Source: Eledone cirrhosa
Taxonomy: Eukaryota
DNA length: 64,000 bases
Reading direction: 5' to 3'
Assembly (NCBI GenBank): GCA_964016885.1
Contig: OZ024740.1
Location: 403,930,001 to 403,994,000, forward strand
Shown here: positions 52,315 to 64,000 of the stretch, piece by piece
How the letters are laid out: each line of letters opens with the position of its first letter
How positions within the stretch are numbered: the first letter of the stretch is position 1
Position numbers and translations under genes: made by a program
The notes under the pieces: model-generated
The model's database searches: none
What the model was told of the DNA's origin: nothing
Seen by the model: only the letters and a program-made list of their open reading frames with translations

Positions 52315-53889
52315 TTATATAATGACAAAAGAAAGAGAAAAAAGAAAAAGACAGACAAAAGAGACATGGGGAGATAAATGGGGAAGGGGCAAATTTTACT
52401 TCCTTGGTTAGACAGTGTATCTCAGCTGAGCACTACGGGCAAAGTAACGTAATCATTGCCGTGAATAACAGCCAGTGTTACCCACAGGATCAGCCATTCC
52501 ACGCTGAGGAGCTCCTTCCTCAAGTGTGATGCATTTCTCTTGATTTGACAGGCGGAAACGGAAATCCGACGACCGAGGTCTCCGAGGGTCTCAATGGAAA
52601 CCAGCACAAACAAATGGAAAGAGTCACTCAATGCTATGTATTTCAAATTAGAAATGAAATTCATTTAGAAAAACTCATTTCTTATTTGCTAAATATCAGT
52701 TTTCTTTATTCAAAAAGTTTTAAAATACCAAATGGTACGAAGCATCATCATCGCCAGCAACAGAATTACTTCATCATTATCCAAAAGTTTCAACATCAAG
52801 TACTTGCAGTTCCTACAGGATGGTTAATTATTCTCAATTTAAGCAATTATTTGTCATCTCCACCTAATAATAAAACAAATTCCACTTTAACTTTCCGAGA
52901 CAATTGAGAGAGATAATCATTCCAATTATGAATCAGTACAGTCTGCTCCCACCTAGAGTCTTTTTTTCCGATTGCTATTCTTCAGTTCATTTGTTCGAAT
53001 TAAACGTTTACTCCCATTAACTTCAAATAATTATCTCAATTGGCCAGTCTAGAAAATTCTGCAAAGATTCTACATATAGTACACTTCCTTCAATCTAACA
53101 AGCATCATTGTCTGTAACTTCTGAACATTAGTACTGGTTGTTACTGCTGCTGTAAGGTTATATAAAAACTTGCGGCGTTCATAGTCCCCACTACGTTTAT
53201 GATATGTTTAATCATATCTCACTTTAAAATATTAAATTATTAAGTGATACCAATATGTTCTATAATTAGATTTCATGTCTAAGTATCATAATTAGAAGTG
53301 TTCATCTTCTAAGCAAGATCACCCAATGTAAGTTTACCAATATGCACACAAGCTAGTTATAATTGACTAGTGGATTATTTACTGACAAAACCTAGACTGT
53401 TTAAGCTGTGATAACCGAAATTCAAAAGCTAACAATGATTAGGAAAATCTAGGTAACATATTTGTTCTACTAAGTAACACGCACGAGTGAATTGAAAGTT
53501 CTCCTTTTGCGACGTTATACTTTCTAGACAATTGTTGTAACCATATCCGTGAATGGACTTGTATTTTTACTAAGTAACACCCCTACCCCACCCCCACCCC
53601 ACCTCCCACACACACACGGCTACGTATCACCAAACTCAAATTACGAACCAGAATGTTGATCACATTTTTGCAAAGATCACATCTTTGCAAAGATTGCTCA
53701 AAAGCTTCTGAAACTTGCTGAAGGCAAAATATCCCTTGATACTGAAGGATGTTTTGATCCTTCATCATATTGTATTATTGTTAAAAGCGTTGATAGCGTA
53801 ATTACCCAAGTGATCCTAATTTCAAAATCCACCATTTCATCGAGAAGTGGCTGCGTGAAAGAGTAAACCTTCCCTCCCAAAACATTACA

Positions 53890-54012
53890 GTGAATTCTAT
53901 GGACAAAAACCTTTCACAAATGATCCCTGGAGGTAACCAGACTTATAAATCTATCGACAAAGTTGTCGACGAGGACGAAGTTGTTCATTATCCTGTTGAA
54001 TTTCTTAACAGA
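53890..54012 (+). mobile_element. Helitron Pif1 helicase fragment
   Basis: QMIPGGNQTYKSIDKVVDEDEVVHYPVEFLN matches RIPGNLRTYKSVDKDEVDDFPTEFLN of the large Helitron. Confidence 0.8.
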
Positions 54013-54014
54013 CT

Positions 54015-54298
54015 TGAAGGGTGTGGTTTAGTTATTGGAGTGTTGGATTCACAATCAAGAGGTTGTCAGTTCTCCCGGACCGGGCAATATGTTATGTTCT
54101 TGATTCCACGCTGCTCCAGTTCACTCAGTTCTAGAGTACTCAGTTCACTAAGTACCAATCTATATCGGCCTTTGTTTTTGCTTGGACAACATCGGCGGCA
54201 TGGAGAGAGAAGACTGGCATGCATAAGCGACTGCTCATCTTCCAAAAAACAAAATACCTTGCCTCGGCTTGTGCTTCGAAGGGAACTTTCTAGGTGCA
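54015..54298 (+). mobile_element. Family B SINE, degenerate
   Basis: Homologous to 27795-28130 (CTTGGACAACATCGG..GGAACTTTCTAGGTGCA). Confidence 0.82.
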
Positions 54299-56426
54299 GA
54301 AGTATATAGTTATCCATACGTATGCATGTATATGTATAGCTGTGTGTGTCTGAATGTGTTTATGTATGCAGGCTTGTGATTTTGTTCATATTCTATCCAA
54401 TACCTTAATGAATCGATACATGGAAATTGATAAAAAATGTAAGCGCCAGACGGAAATAAGTACTGGAGTTGATATGATCAATTGAACCCGTGAAGTGAGT
54501 GCCATAGCATGGCCGTGGTTAAGTAATTACACGAAGCATTAACGGCATCATAGAAAGAGTCGCAATAAAATTTGTTTGAAGAACCGCAATTTCTTTAAAA
54601 GTTCATAATAGGCAACACGTTAAATAGATTCGATCTCATGCACTATTAATTATCCTTTAAGATTACATTAATTAGTCAGTGTAAAGTAGATTGTTCTCTT
54701 GTTGATTTGACTTTTTAATGTTGTCTAGATTATTGGAATAATTCTCACGAATCATTTCTGGCTTCTCTATTTCAAGTAAAGGGGTATTTTTATTTATTTT
54801 TTTAACCAATCTGTTAAGTATTTTGGTGACATATTTATTCATTTGATAAGTATGATAATAATGATTGTCATAAAAAAATGTTGTTCACTCATATGTATCA
54901 AATGTACCTTAGAAATGCTGAAAATGTTCACGATTCAGTTGTTTCACTAAAGAATGATGGTGAAGTAGCAGAAACTGTTACGACCTTTTATATTTTGAGT
55001 TCAAATCCTGCTGATGTCGAAGTTGCCTTTTATTTTGCCAGGATAGAATATGTAGCAATTAAATTCAAAAACAGACTAAATCCGCTATATTTATCCTTTC
55101 TAATTCCTAGCCCTTGTGCGGAATTTAGAAATCCTTGTTCATTGCACAAATAACATGTTATAATTGACTAGATACATGCACATGCATAGTCTTGAGACAT
55201 GTGTAGAAAATACGTTGTCGGGAAGAAGATGAGGGAGCCTCTACATGGCCCTTTGGCTTGTTACAAATACCAGTCAAATTCGCCATAAAATACATTTTAC
55301 CGTTAAAAAGAAAACAATTTACTTTGTATAATGTAGTCCCAGAAATACACCACCCGTAAAAAGAATGGAGTGAAATTTAAAGTTAAACGCCATACATAAT
55401 ATTAATTTCAGTGATTCGATCATTCTTGTAAATATCTTATGGTGCAAATTGAGAGGTTTCTATGCTACGGTTTATATCAGCAGTAAAAGTGCCATGGAAC
55501 TCTCTTAGCATTTCCACTAATGAAAGTACTATGTACTCATATACCTGTATGAAAGCTTGACAACACGATCGTGTCCAAATTGGAGTGATTGAAGAAATAT
55601 TTCGCACATGGTCACTGAGTACAGGGCGTTGATTTAAGTCAGGAGATTTTGCGAAGAGTTTTGCTTTATTAATACCACCTGGAGCTGCATGCCGCTGCTT
55701 TCTCGAAAGAAATTTCCCAGAATAATTAACTTATACAACTCTCCTTGTTTCGTTTCACTTAACTACAAATAGGTATCATAAGGTGGAGAGTTTTCCTGTT
55801 TTAAGAATTTAAAACAGTGTCAGATACTAAATTGAGTACATATCTATAAAGAAACAGTACAAGGTTTAACCGAAGCTATGTAGATGCGTACATAAATACA
55901 CGGATAACTGTAAATACGTTTATATATATGTATCTTATATCTCATCTGCTTAGTGCACAATTTAGTGTTAGTGTATCATCCATATTTAAATTGGAATGTT
56001 TATATTTCGAAGCTTTATAAACGCATTAGTTGTGTATATCTCATCACAGGGAGAGGTTTTGTCGGTGTCTGAGAAATATTTAAATGAGAATCAATCACAT
56101 GTAGGTGAAAATCAAAGACAAATAAAGCTAATGGTGGTCTACATCGACAAACGTTTTTCAGTGAAGTTTGTGATTTTAAATAATTTCGTATGCTGTAGGA
56201 ATGAAAGTTCATGGTTTGCGTCTCTACCATAGTAGGTAAGAGGAGTAAGAAGAGAAAGATTTTCAGTTGAAAAACATTTGTCTTTCAGACGCAGTAACAA
56301 CTCCCAAAACGCCAGATTCATCTTTTATTCATAGTATGCAAGCTTATCTAAACTCTCAAACTTCACTATACATTTTTAGACAAAAGTGTTGAGATTTTTT
56401 TCATCGAAGTCATTAACAGCATTGAG

Positions 56427-56515
56427 CATTGCTGAACTCAAATCATTCCATAGCCTACATTGCTGAATTCAAATCATTCCATAGCCTACATTGCTGAACT
56501 CAAATTTTTCATAGC
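56427..56515. repeat. 31-bp tandem repeat, about 3 copies
   Basis: CATTGCTGAACTCAAATCATTCCATAGCCTA repeated. Confidence 0.88.
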
Positions 56516-59186
56516 TATAAATAAAAAAGAGATGAATTACAATATATTAACCTGTATTCGAAGTCATTAGTGGAGTCGCAATTATTTAATTCTTGGCAAC
56601 TGTTTTCCCCAAACTTTCATTGTTAAATTATTTGCTCTCAATTATATTCCAACCCTGCAAAATTTACTTTATGACTCGGTAAATATAACCTTATTCACAT
56701 TTTTTTTTCTATGCAATTCAGAAATGCATAACGATTTGTCGAGATGGGTTAATGATCAGTTGTGTGATTGACATAAATATGTAACTAGATATATGGAACA
56801 CAATTATGTGGTCAGATATTTGATATTAGATTAAATATTTCAGTTGGAAAAATCGATGAAAATGTTGGACGCAAAGACGACAGCTTACACAGATGCAAAG
56901 CTGAGATCTTTGATTGCGTATCAATGTTAAACATAGCTTAATATTGACATGTCTAATTAATTCACTTTGTACTAAAAAGGAGAATTGTAGTTAATCGAAG
57001 TTGCAACGTGCTTACTTTTTATTCATCTGATAATATTCAAACATTATCATAACTTTTTTAATCTCTCTTTGGTAAAGTTGCTCAAACGTTATAAATAAAT
57101 ACACTAACAAATTTTATTTAACATATTTCAATTGTATATAATGTTTTCATGAAAATATACAAATAAAGAGGAAACAAATCAAATAGTGAACGTAAGGGAA
57201 AAGAAGGAACAAAGACTCTACAAACCAGTCTAAGTGGTATGTATTAGCTATTCCCCAAGACAAAATGCACTCTTCCCAAATTTGCAGATGCCTGAAAAAG
57301 AAGCGATCGGTCAAGCCCCGGTATTCGGTTATCTTCATTTCCTCGGCGGAGATAAACTGATTGAAAATGAAAGAATTCTAAATGATATCATATTTGCTAT
57401 TAACTCGAGACAACTGATTACGTAATGATATACGATAGAAGTATTGGCATTTTTTCTTAATATATTTTTGTATTCTCCTTATTTCTAGTATCGACTACTA
57501 TTTGATGTGATATGCGGTATTTTTCTAATAAACAAATGCGATTATTTTTATATAGTAATGATTAAGTGAGCGTATTTAAGCAATGAATAACGAACTTTGT
57601 ATTAAATGTAAACATTATTTTATAAATGATGTTCAATTGATTGATATCAAACAATATGAATAGCCTCCGAGTCTAGTGCTGAGCCTTAGTGCTATTATCG
57701 GGGAGATCTATAATTGAGTAAGAAATAAAATATATATCTCGAAGGCATTTGTATTATACTAATATTGGAAGATACATTATATAATTAATAAATGTTTCTT
57801 TGTGTTCATATGCTTAGCTCAAGGCATTTTATAGGCAATAATTATGCAGGAAAAATTAGGTACTGCAACAAAGACAGTGGCAGCTGCATATTTTGTACGT
57901 TTAATCTACGTGAGAGTCAAATCTTATGTTTTGTTATTATTTACTTTTTTGTTTTTATGTTATTTATTGGGGTTTTTGTGAGTAGGGTGGGGGGTCAGAA
58001 TTGTGAAATTGCTGGGATTGATGTCAGCTAGAATATATACAAAAATAGGGATAAGGAAAAAATCCAGAAGGTTGCTATCTCAGAAGGGCTAATTAGGCAG
58101 TGTTTGGTGTGAGCATGTGTAGGAAACACTGTAAGAATAATAAAAGGAATGTAGAGGCATGTACATTGGATGCGTTTCATAAATATGAATAAATTACAAT
58201 CCATTTTTGTAGATGCGCTTCATGTGTATTTAGTACTAGCTCGACACAGTTATTTGAGCAGTTCTCTTAATGTAGGTCCTACTTGAGCTTTGTAAAGACT
58301 CAGCAACTTATCAGAGATTAAGTATTTTCTGATTCTGAAGGAGAGATCTAGTCACAGGGATGCTGTTTTAGCAGTGCCAGTTGTGCATTTATCACGAGAA
58401 GTCGTAGAACATTATGGGACCTAGAAGTTATATCGACTCAAAGCAGTTTCACTGTGTGCTGTACAAACATAAAATGGGTGTATTGTAATATTGTCTTCTT
58501 TATAGATCTGTGATTTGTTTGATTATTTTGAAGAACTTTAGGTTTCCTATGCGCCTTCTGGAAGATGATTCAAAGTTTCCGTTCAGGAAAAGACTAGCGT
58601 AAAGTATGTGGAATGGAAATCGCTGTGTGGAAAGCTAGCCTTGTGTTTTACTAACTACAGAGAAGTGGGTGTATATTTAGAAGTAATATAGAATATGGGT
58701 AACATTGCAAAATATTTGAGTACACTGTGATGTAGCAAAATTGGTTGAAATGGCAAAAATTACTAGGATCTCATAGACTGAAATTTAACAACTCAAAGAC
58801 GGACGTGATGGCCAGCTTCGTCTGAATATGAAGAGCAGTAACCATGACACTTTTCAGAACATCCAGGCTTTTTGAAAAAAATGAGAAAAGTATATGAAAC
58901 CGGGCGACAGATTATTTTACTACAAATTACTATTTTTTAAATTATTGAGACAACAATATGAATACAGTTAAAGCATTTTTAAAACTATATTTTGCAGTTG
59001 TGCTACATTCAAGACGATATTCTTGCTATTTAGCTCCAGGCCAAAGTTCTTTCACTAGCCTTACTCTAATATTAGCATTGTGATTATCATAGGATTATCA
59101 CAATGCTAATATTGTTTTTCCTAAAACACCATATAACAAAAGTTTGGTTGTGCTATCCCTGTTTCAAATATTAGTTGTAAGTTATT

Positions 59187-59189
<3 letters not shown>

Positions 59190-59219
<30 letters not shown>

Positions 59220-59400
59220 CTTCTTCTTCTTCTTCGCCCACTTATTTCTAAGAGGGTCGTGGTAGCAGAGTCCTCAAACACTCCTTCCCGCGGGTCCCGT
59301 CAGAAGCAACAGTCTCCAACTGATCCGACTGGATCCCCAAACGAGACCAGCCAAGTTCATGGATGTTATCTACCCCTGGGTCTCCTGTCGGTTGGTTTTT
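59190..59400 (-). mobile_element. RTE LINE 3' end with (GAA)n tail
   Basis: RRPRGR..LGWSRLGIQSDQLETVASD..LLPRPS then (GAA)n. Confidence 0.75.
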
Positions 59401-59814
59401 CCCCTAAAATCTCTTGCACAATCAATATATTTGGAAAATACAACAATTTCATAATATAATATTTCTTCCTTCCTTAAAAATGCATGTCCATGCCCTTAAG
59501 TCAAATGAAATATGTAGTTTCATCAGTATATTAATAGCAATTGCTGTAAACGTCCGTTCCATTTCGAACGAAATCGACATGAATTAATTTTATGTAAAGA
59601 CCTTCTTTAAATAACACGAGTTAAATACTGAGAGTCTTAACTTTGTTAACGGGGCAAATCTAAGCTTTACATATGTTCCGTAATTAGAACTCTCTATGAA
59701 AGAAAATATACTTATGTGTTAGACAACGCATGGCATTAAGTTGTCGCAAAATACACAATTCAAATCTTTTTTTTCGTTTGGCAATGTTCGATTTTAATTA
59801 TTGTGATTGGTGCT

Positions 59815-60023
59815 GAGGGCGGTGGATTGGCAGTATCGGTAGAGGGTCGGACGCCATGCTTTGCAGCATAGAGTTACGGCCCTTTATGATCTGAGTTCAA
59901 ATCCTGCCGAGGTTAACTTTACCTTTCATCCTTACGGTGTCGATAAAATAAAGCACCAGTCACGCACTGGGGTCGACTTTCCTCTCGCCCAAAATTGCTG
60001 GCCTTGTGCCTATATAAGAAACC
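59815..60023 (+). mobile_element. Family A SINE, full length, 18-bp TSD
   Basis: ATTATTGTGATTGGTGCT at 59797-59814 and 60024-60041. Confidence 0.95.
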
Positions 60024-60279
60024 ATTATTGTGATTGGTGCTTCATTGCTTTTGTTGTGGTTCTCTGTTGACCCTTACTCTTCACTCGATAGAGCTTGTTC
60101 TTGAGTTTTATTGTCAGCAACTGACTGGTCCTTTCTTGTTGGAGTTGTTATCACCGTTGTTTTATGTTTATTTGTTTTGGAGTAAAGGGAAGAAAATGAA
60201 TGTTTCTTACTGGCTAAAATTACTTTAAAGGGAAATCTTAAAAGAGCTGTAACATTTTATCATTAATTTCTCAAAAAAG

Positions 60280-60640
60280 GTCGGTAGTATCGGCAGACCG
60301 TCGGTCAAAATGCTTTGGGTTATTAAATTACAACTGTCTTTGTTTCATAAAATAAAGTATCAAATAAGTGCTAGGGTCGATATAATCGACTTTCCCTTTG
60401 CCCCAAAATTACTGAACTTTTGCCAATGTTAGAAATTATTATTAAAAGAGCAGTGGATTGGCAGAATCGTTAGAACGTTAGATATAATGCTTTAATAATG
60501 CTTTGTGGCATTTACTTTCAGCCTTTTACTTTCTGAGTTCAAATCCTGCCACTGATAACTCTGCCATTCATCCTACCGGGGTCGACAAAGTAAAGTACTA
60601 GTCAAATTACTGCGTTCATGTCTAAAGTAGAAATCATTAA
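60280..60640 (+). mobile_element. Two older family A-related SINE copies
   Basis: Degenerate head, B box GAGTTCAAATCC and core. Confidence 0.7.
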
Positions 60641-61789
60641 ATTCTCAGTTTAAAAAAATATGGTTGTGGTTTCTGTAATCGGTAAGCAAAATTAGATGTT
60701 TATAAATATATACCAAAAGAATCAGATACTCTTTGCAAACAGAAAATATCTCTCAATTGAAACTACTCTGTTTGCTGCCAATGCTTGATAGATTATAAAT
60801 ATCAAAATATAAAGGGGAAACTAGTTGGGATGCTAGTGCGCCTTATTTTGTATAATTTGGTTCTGAATTAAAATTCCGCCATGATTATTTATGCTTTTCA
60901 CTCCTCCGAAATCTTTAAATTAAGTATCAATAATAAATTTGCTTCGATTATATACAGTATAACCTTTTCTCTTAACAATTAGCCTTACTTCTAAAGAGAA
61001 AATATATTAAAATATAAGTAGAAAGAACTCACTCACATATCTGTTGCTTGGTGCTACCGAATTCTTCTTGTAACATACAAATAGATATGTTAGTATTTGT
61101 GTCAAACTTCAAACAGAAAATGTCGGTCATACGCTAATTCCTAGGTACTTCTTTTCATTACATTTCTTCTTTTCTTTTGATAAAGCTGATATTTGGAAAT
61201 GTGCCATTGCAAGGATGCTTGAAGACATAAATATAATATGTATATCACGACGTTTCTATTACTCTTTCACCTGTTTCTTTCATTCTCTCTTTGTTTCTGT
61301 TACTCTCAGAAAGACAGAAAAAGATGATACAGTTGATAAAACGCAAACGCAGGAATAAACAATTTAACACAAAGAAACACAATCTCATACAAAAATATAC
61401 ATATTTTTATGTACACATTTAACTGGGGATGATATACACATGTGTATGTGTGTGTTGATAAGCATGCGTATTTGAGTGTTTATGAAAGAGGGGGGAGAAT
61501 AAGATTTGGAATGTAAAAGAAGAATGGAAAATGAGTTCCTAGTGTTAAGACACAAACAGTAATTACATTGCTTTATCGCTAAGTAAAGCGGCATTACTTC
61601 CGCCTCCACAAATTCTGGCAAAATATCAGAACGAAATTTAAAATGAAAAGTGAGTCATTACCAAAATTTACTACTGTTAAAGAAACTGTTTCTATCAAAT
61701 ATATACTACAATCTTAAGCGGCATCACCAATACTACTAACAATATCACTTGTCTTCCAGCAAAGAATGTTATTTTGCTATTGAAACGCA

Positions 61790-61965
61790 TTAGTATCGGT
61801 AAAGGGTCGGACGCCATGTTTTGCAGCATAGAGTTACGGCCCTTTATGATCTGAGTTCAAATCCCGCCGGGGTTAACTTTGCCTTTCATCATTACGGGGT
61901 CGATAAAATAAAGTACCAGTAATGCACTGGGGTAATTGCTGGCCTTGTGCCAAAAGTAGAAATAA
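61790..61965 (+). mobile_element. Family A SINE
   Basis: B box, core and tail intact; slightly 5'-truncated. Confidence 0.9.
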
Positions 61966-62859
61966 TTAATTAGATGTTTCTACTTTTCATATTTAAGTGA
62001 AATGTTTATCTCTCAATACTAATATCTAACATACACATTTCTTTGTCTTTTAATCGATCTAGCCAAGTCAACTACTTCACTTTTTCTGATCAGGTGCTCA
62101 GGCATGTTGGCTCTTAAATTAGGCCTTTGGGGTTCAAGTAACTTACTTAGTCGCCCCCACAGAAGTTGAATTCAATACTGGCAGTGGTGAAGATTTCCGA
62201 CATTCTTGATCTTCGTACCACCTGTTTATTCACTGCTGTTGTGGTGGAATTGGCCACTCCCAGGAGTGAGACCCGCATGTTGATTATTTCGATGTGTCTC
62301 TCTTGCTATCTTCCGGGGAAATGCTTGCTTCATTCTGTCCGCTAGGACCACGAGGTGGCTTGCACCTGAGTTTCTACATGCCAGAAGTTGTTCTCCCACA
62401 CCATCCGCCGGCTCGTATCATTGCGATAGCGACGACTGAGTATTCTTTTTCATACTTTTCTGTTGTTGATTTTATTTTTAGAAGATAAATAGATAGTTTT
62501 CTAACAGACTATAAAATGAAGGGTTGTTTCTATTCTGCATAACCTATTTTCAGCTGTTGACTGTGAGCGTTAAATAAGCTCACCTGCATCATAAACACGT
62601 GTTGTTGGTAAAAACAAAGTACTTCTAAGGTCATAGTTGATTGAACGCATGGCTGTAAATATATACTCTAGGCTCATTCTTTTAATTCCTCGGAGAATTG
62701 AAAGAATGTGAACAGGTTATTGTTTGGCGGTAGGGATTAGTGACCTAAATTTTAAAATTGTCATACAAAGAACAGGACCCGAAATCTGGTCACGGATTAG
62801 TTACTCTAGACTCTTATCTCTATACATTGTCCTTCGTCAGGATTCGTACTACTATATTT

Positions 62860-62965
62860 TAGACCTGTCAACTCTCCCCATTTTGCCTCATTTCTCCCCG
62901 TTTCGGGACATTTTTCTTTTTCTTCTTGGTACACCCGTTAGGGTTTTTAGAGGTTGGCAGGTCTG
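62860..62965. mobile_element. hAT-like MITE, short copy
   Basis: AGACCTGTCAAC / GTTGGCAGGTCTG; ATATTT on both sides. Confidence 0.7.
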
Positions 62966-63721
62966 ATATTTACTCATAGCTAAATAGATGTTTATGGCAA
63001 TGTATCCCAACTGATATTTAGTATGAGCTTTGTAAATATCAGTTAAAAACTTAAACATCATTACTATAAATGTGACGGAAGCTGTTTTTGGATATTTATA
63101 ATGCGAATCATATACGTTTGTTGAAAACTGATATCACAAGAAAAGGAAACGGCATGTTCTTTTAGCATTTTAATCAGTGGTCAATAATTTTGAGGTACTG
63201 TAATCTAAATTATGAATGTTAACTGGATAACACATCACCCAAATAAAGAAGTGGAATACCATGTAGGTTTATAGAAACTCTAAATATCAGGGGTAGATTG
63301 CTCACAACATTGCCCGTCTGTTGCTGAACACGCAACTCCAAAATTGCTTTAAAATTCTTATTTAATAGTTTACTACTACTTCTAGCTGAAAGGTTTCATG
63401 ATACATCACTTGCTGATCTAATAATATAATGTTTCACCTTGATAATTATATGACTTCAGTAGCAATAGCTTAGTAGAACCTTCCTACATGCTGCTTCAGC
63501 TGCTCTTTATATTTCTTTGCCGTATTGCTGTTAATATTTTTCTTTCTATTTTCTGTTATTATTTCTGCTGCAATCATTGCTATTATTCAACTTCATTTTG
63601 TTAATAATTTAGTTTCAGTCAATCATTGATTTTACTCCTCTTTCTCAAGTTATTTTTGGCGCCGTTATTGACACTTTTGTGGCGGCGTGTTTTATTATTA
63701 GGCATTGTGTCCATAGTAGAA

Positions 63722-63808
<87 letters not shown>

Positions 63809-64000
63809 GGCGACCTACGTAGTAAATCGTATCATCGTGAGCTCCGCAAAGGTTTGTTATTTCCGTTTGTTAAAAATTGCCATTTATGGAAAATTTTATT
63901 GTTAACTGTTTATAAGCACACATACATTGTTTTCCGAAAAGGAAACCCAAAAAGATTGGGGCCTTGTGCCCAAAATTTTAACTTTTATTATTATCAAAAA
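63809..64000 (+). mobile_element. 5' end of a second Tx1-type LINE copy after (ATT)n; runs off the window
   Basis: Near-identical to 45314-45505, starting at the same base GGCGACCTACG directly after (ATT)n. Confidence 0.93.

Noticed and set aside
57288-57425. Host coding exon MPEKEAIGQ...
   Set aside because: Short, no recognisable homology and no partner exons; kept only as a weak lead.
59815-59910. tRNA genes (A and B boxes)
   Set aside because: SINE heads with core, tail and TSDs; no cloverleaf.
62790-62846. Hammerhead candidate CTGACGA on minus (also CTGATGA at about 45221-45227)
   Set aside because: No correctly placed GAAA with stem III/stem I pairing.

Overview
AT-rich eukaryotic, almost entirely repetitive DNA; the SINE families and the (CA)n/(TA)n/(ATT)n microsatellite load suggest a coleoid cephalopod such as Octopus (inference). 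No intact host gene could be supported. The window holds: a full-length but disrupted Helitron (7234-12925) whose ends are fixed by an adjacent empty-site copy; Penelope-like (GIY-YIG) retroelements, including a 4.7-kb head-to-head fold-back (31561-36276); an R4/Dong-type RLE LINE (near full length, plus a 3' fragment); an internally deleted Tx1/L1-type LINE in (ATT)n, plus a second 5' end; RTE relics; a deleted Tc1/mariner; piggyBac- and hAT-like MITEs; and many tRNA-derived SINEs. Two systems stand out. (1) At least six unrelated short elements carry type I hammerhead ribozyme folds; many are arranged as fold-back inverted repeats and abut (TA)n tracts. (2) The dominant SINE inserts with 13-18 bp target duplications that nearly always begin ATTAT, and it shares its 3' terminus with the (ATT)n-targeting Tx1-like LINE, i.e. 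a candidate sequence-specific LINE/SINE pair. All folds and alignments were made by eye.
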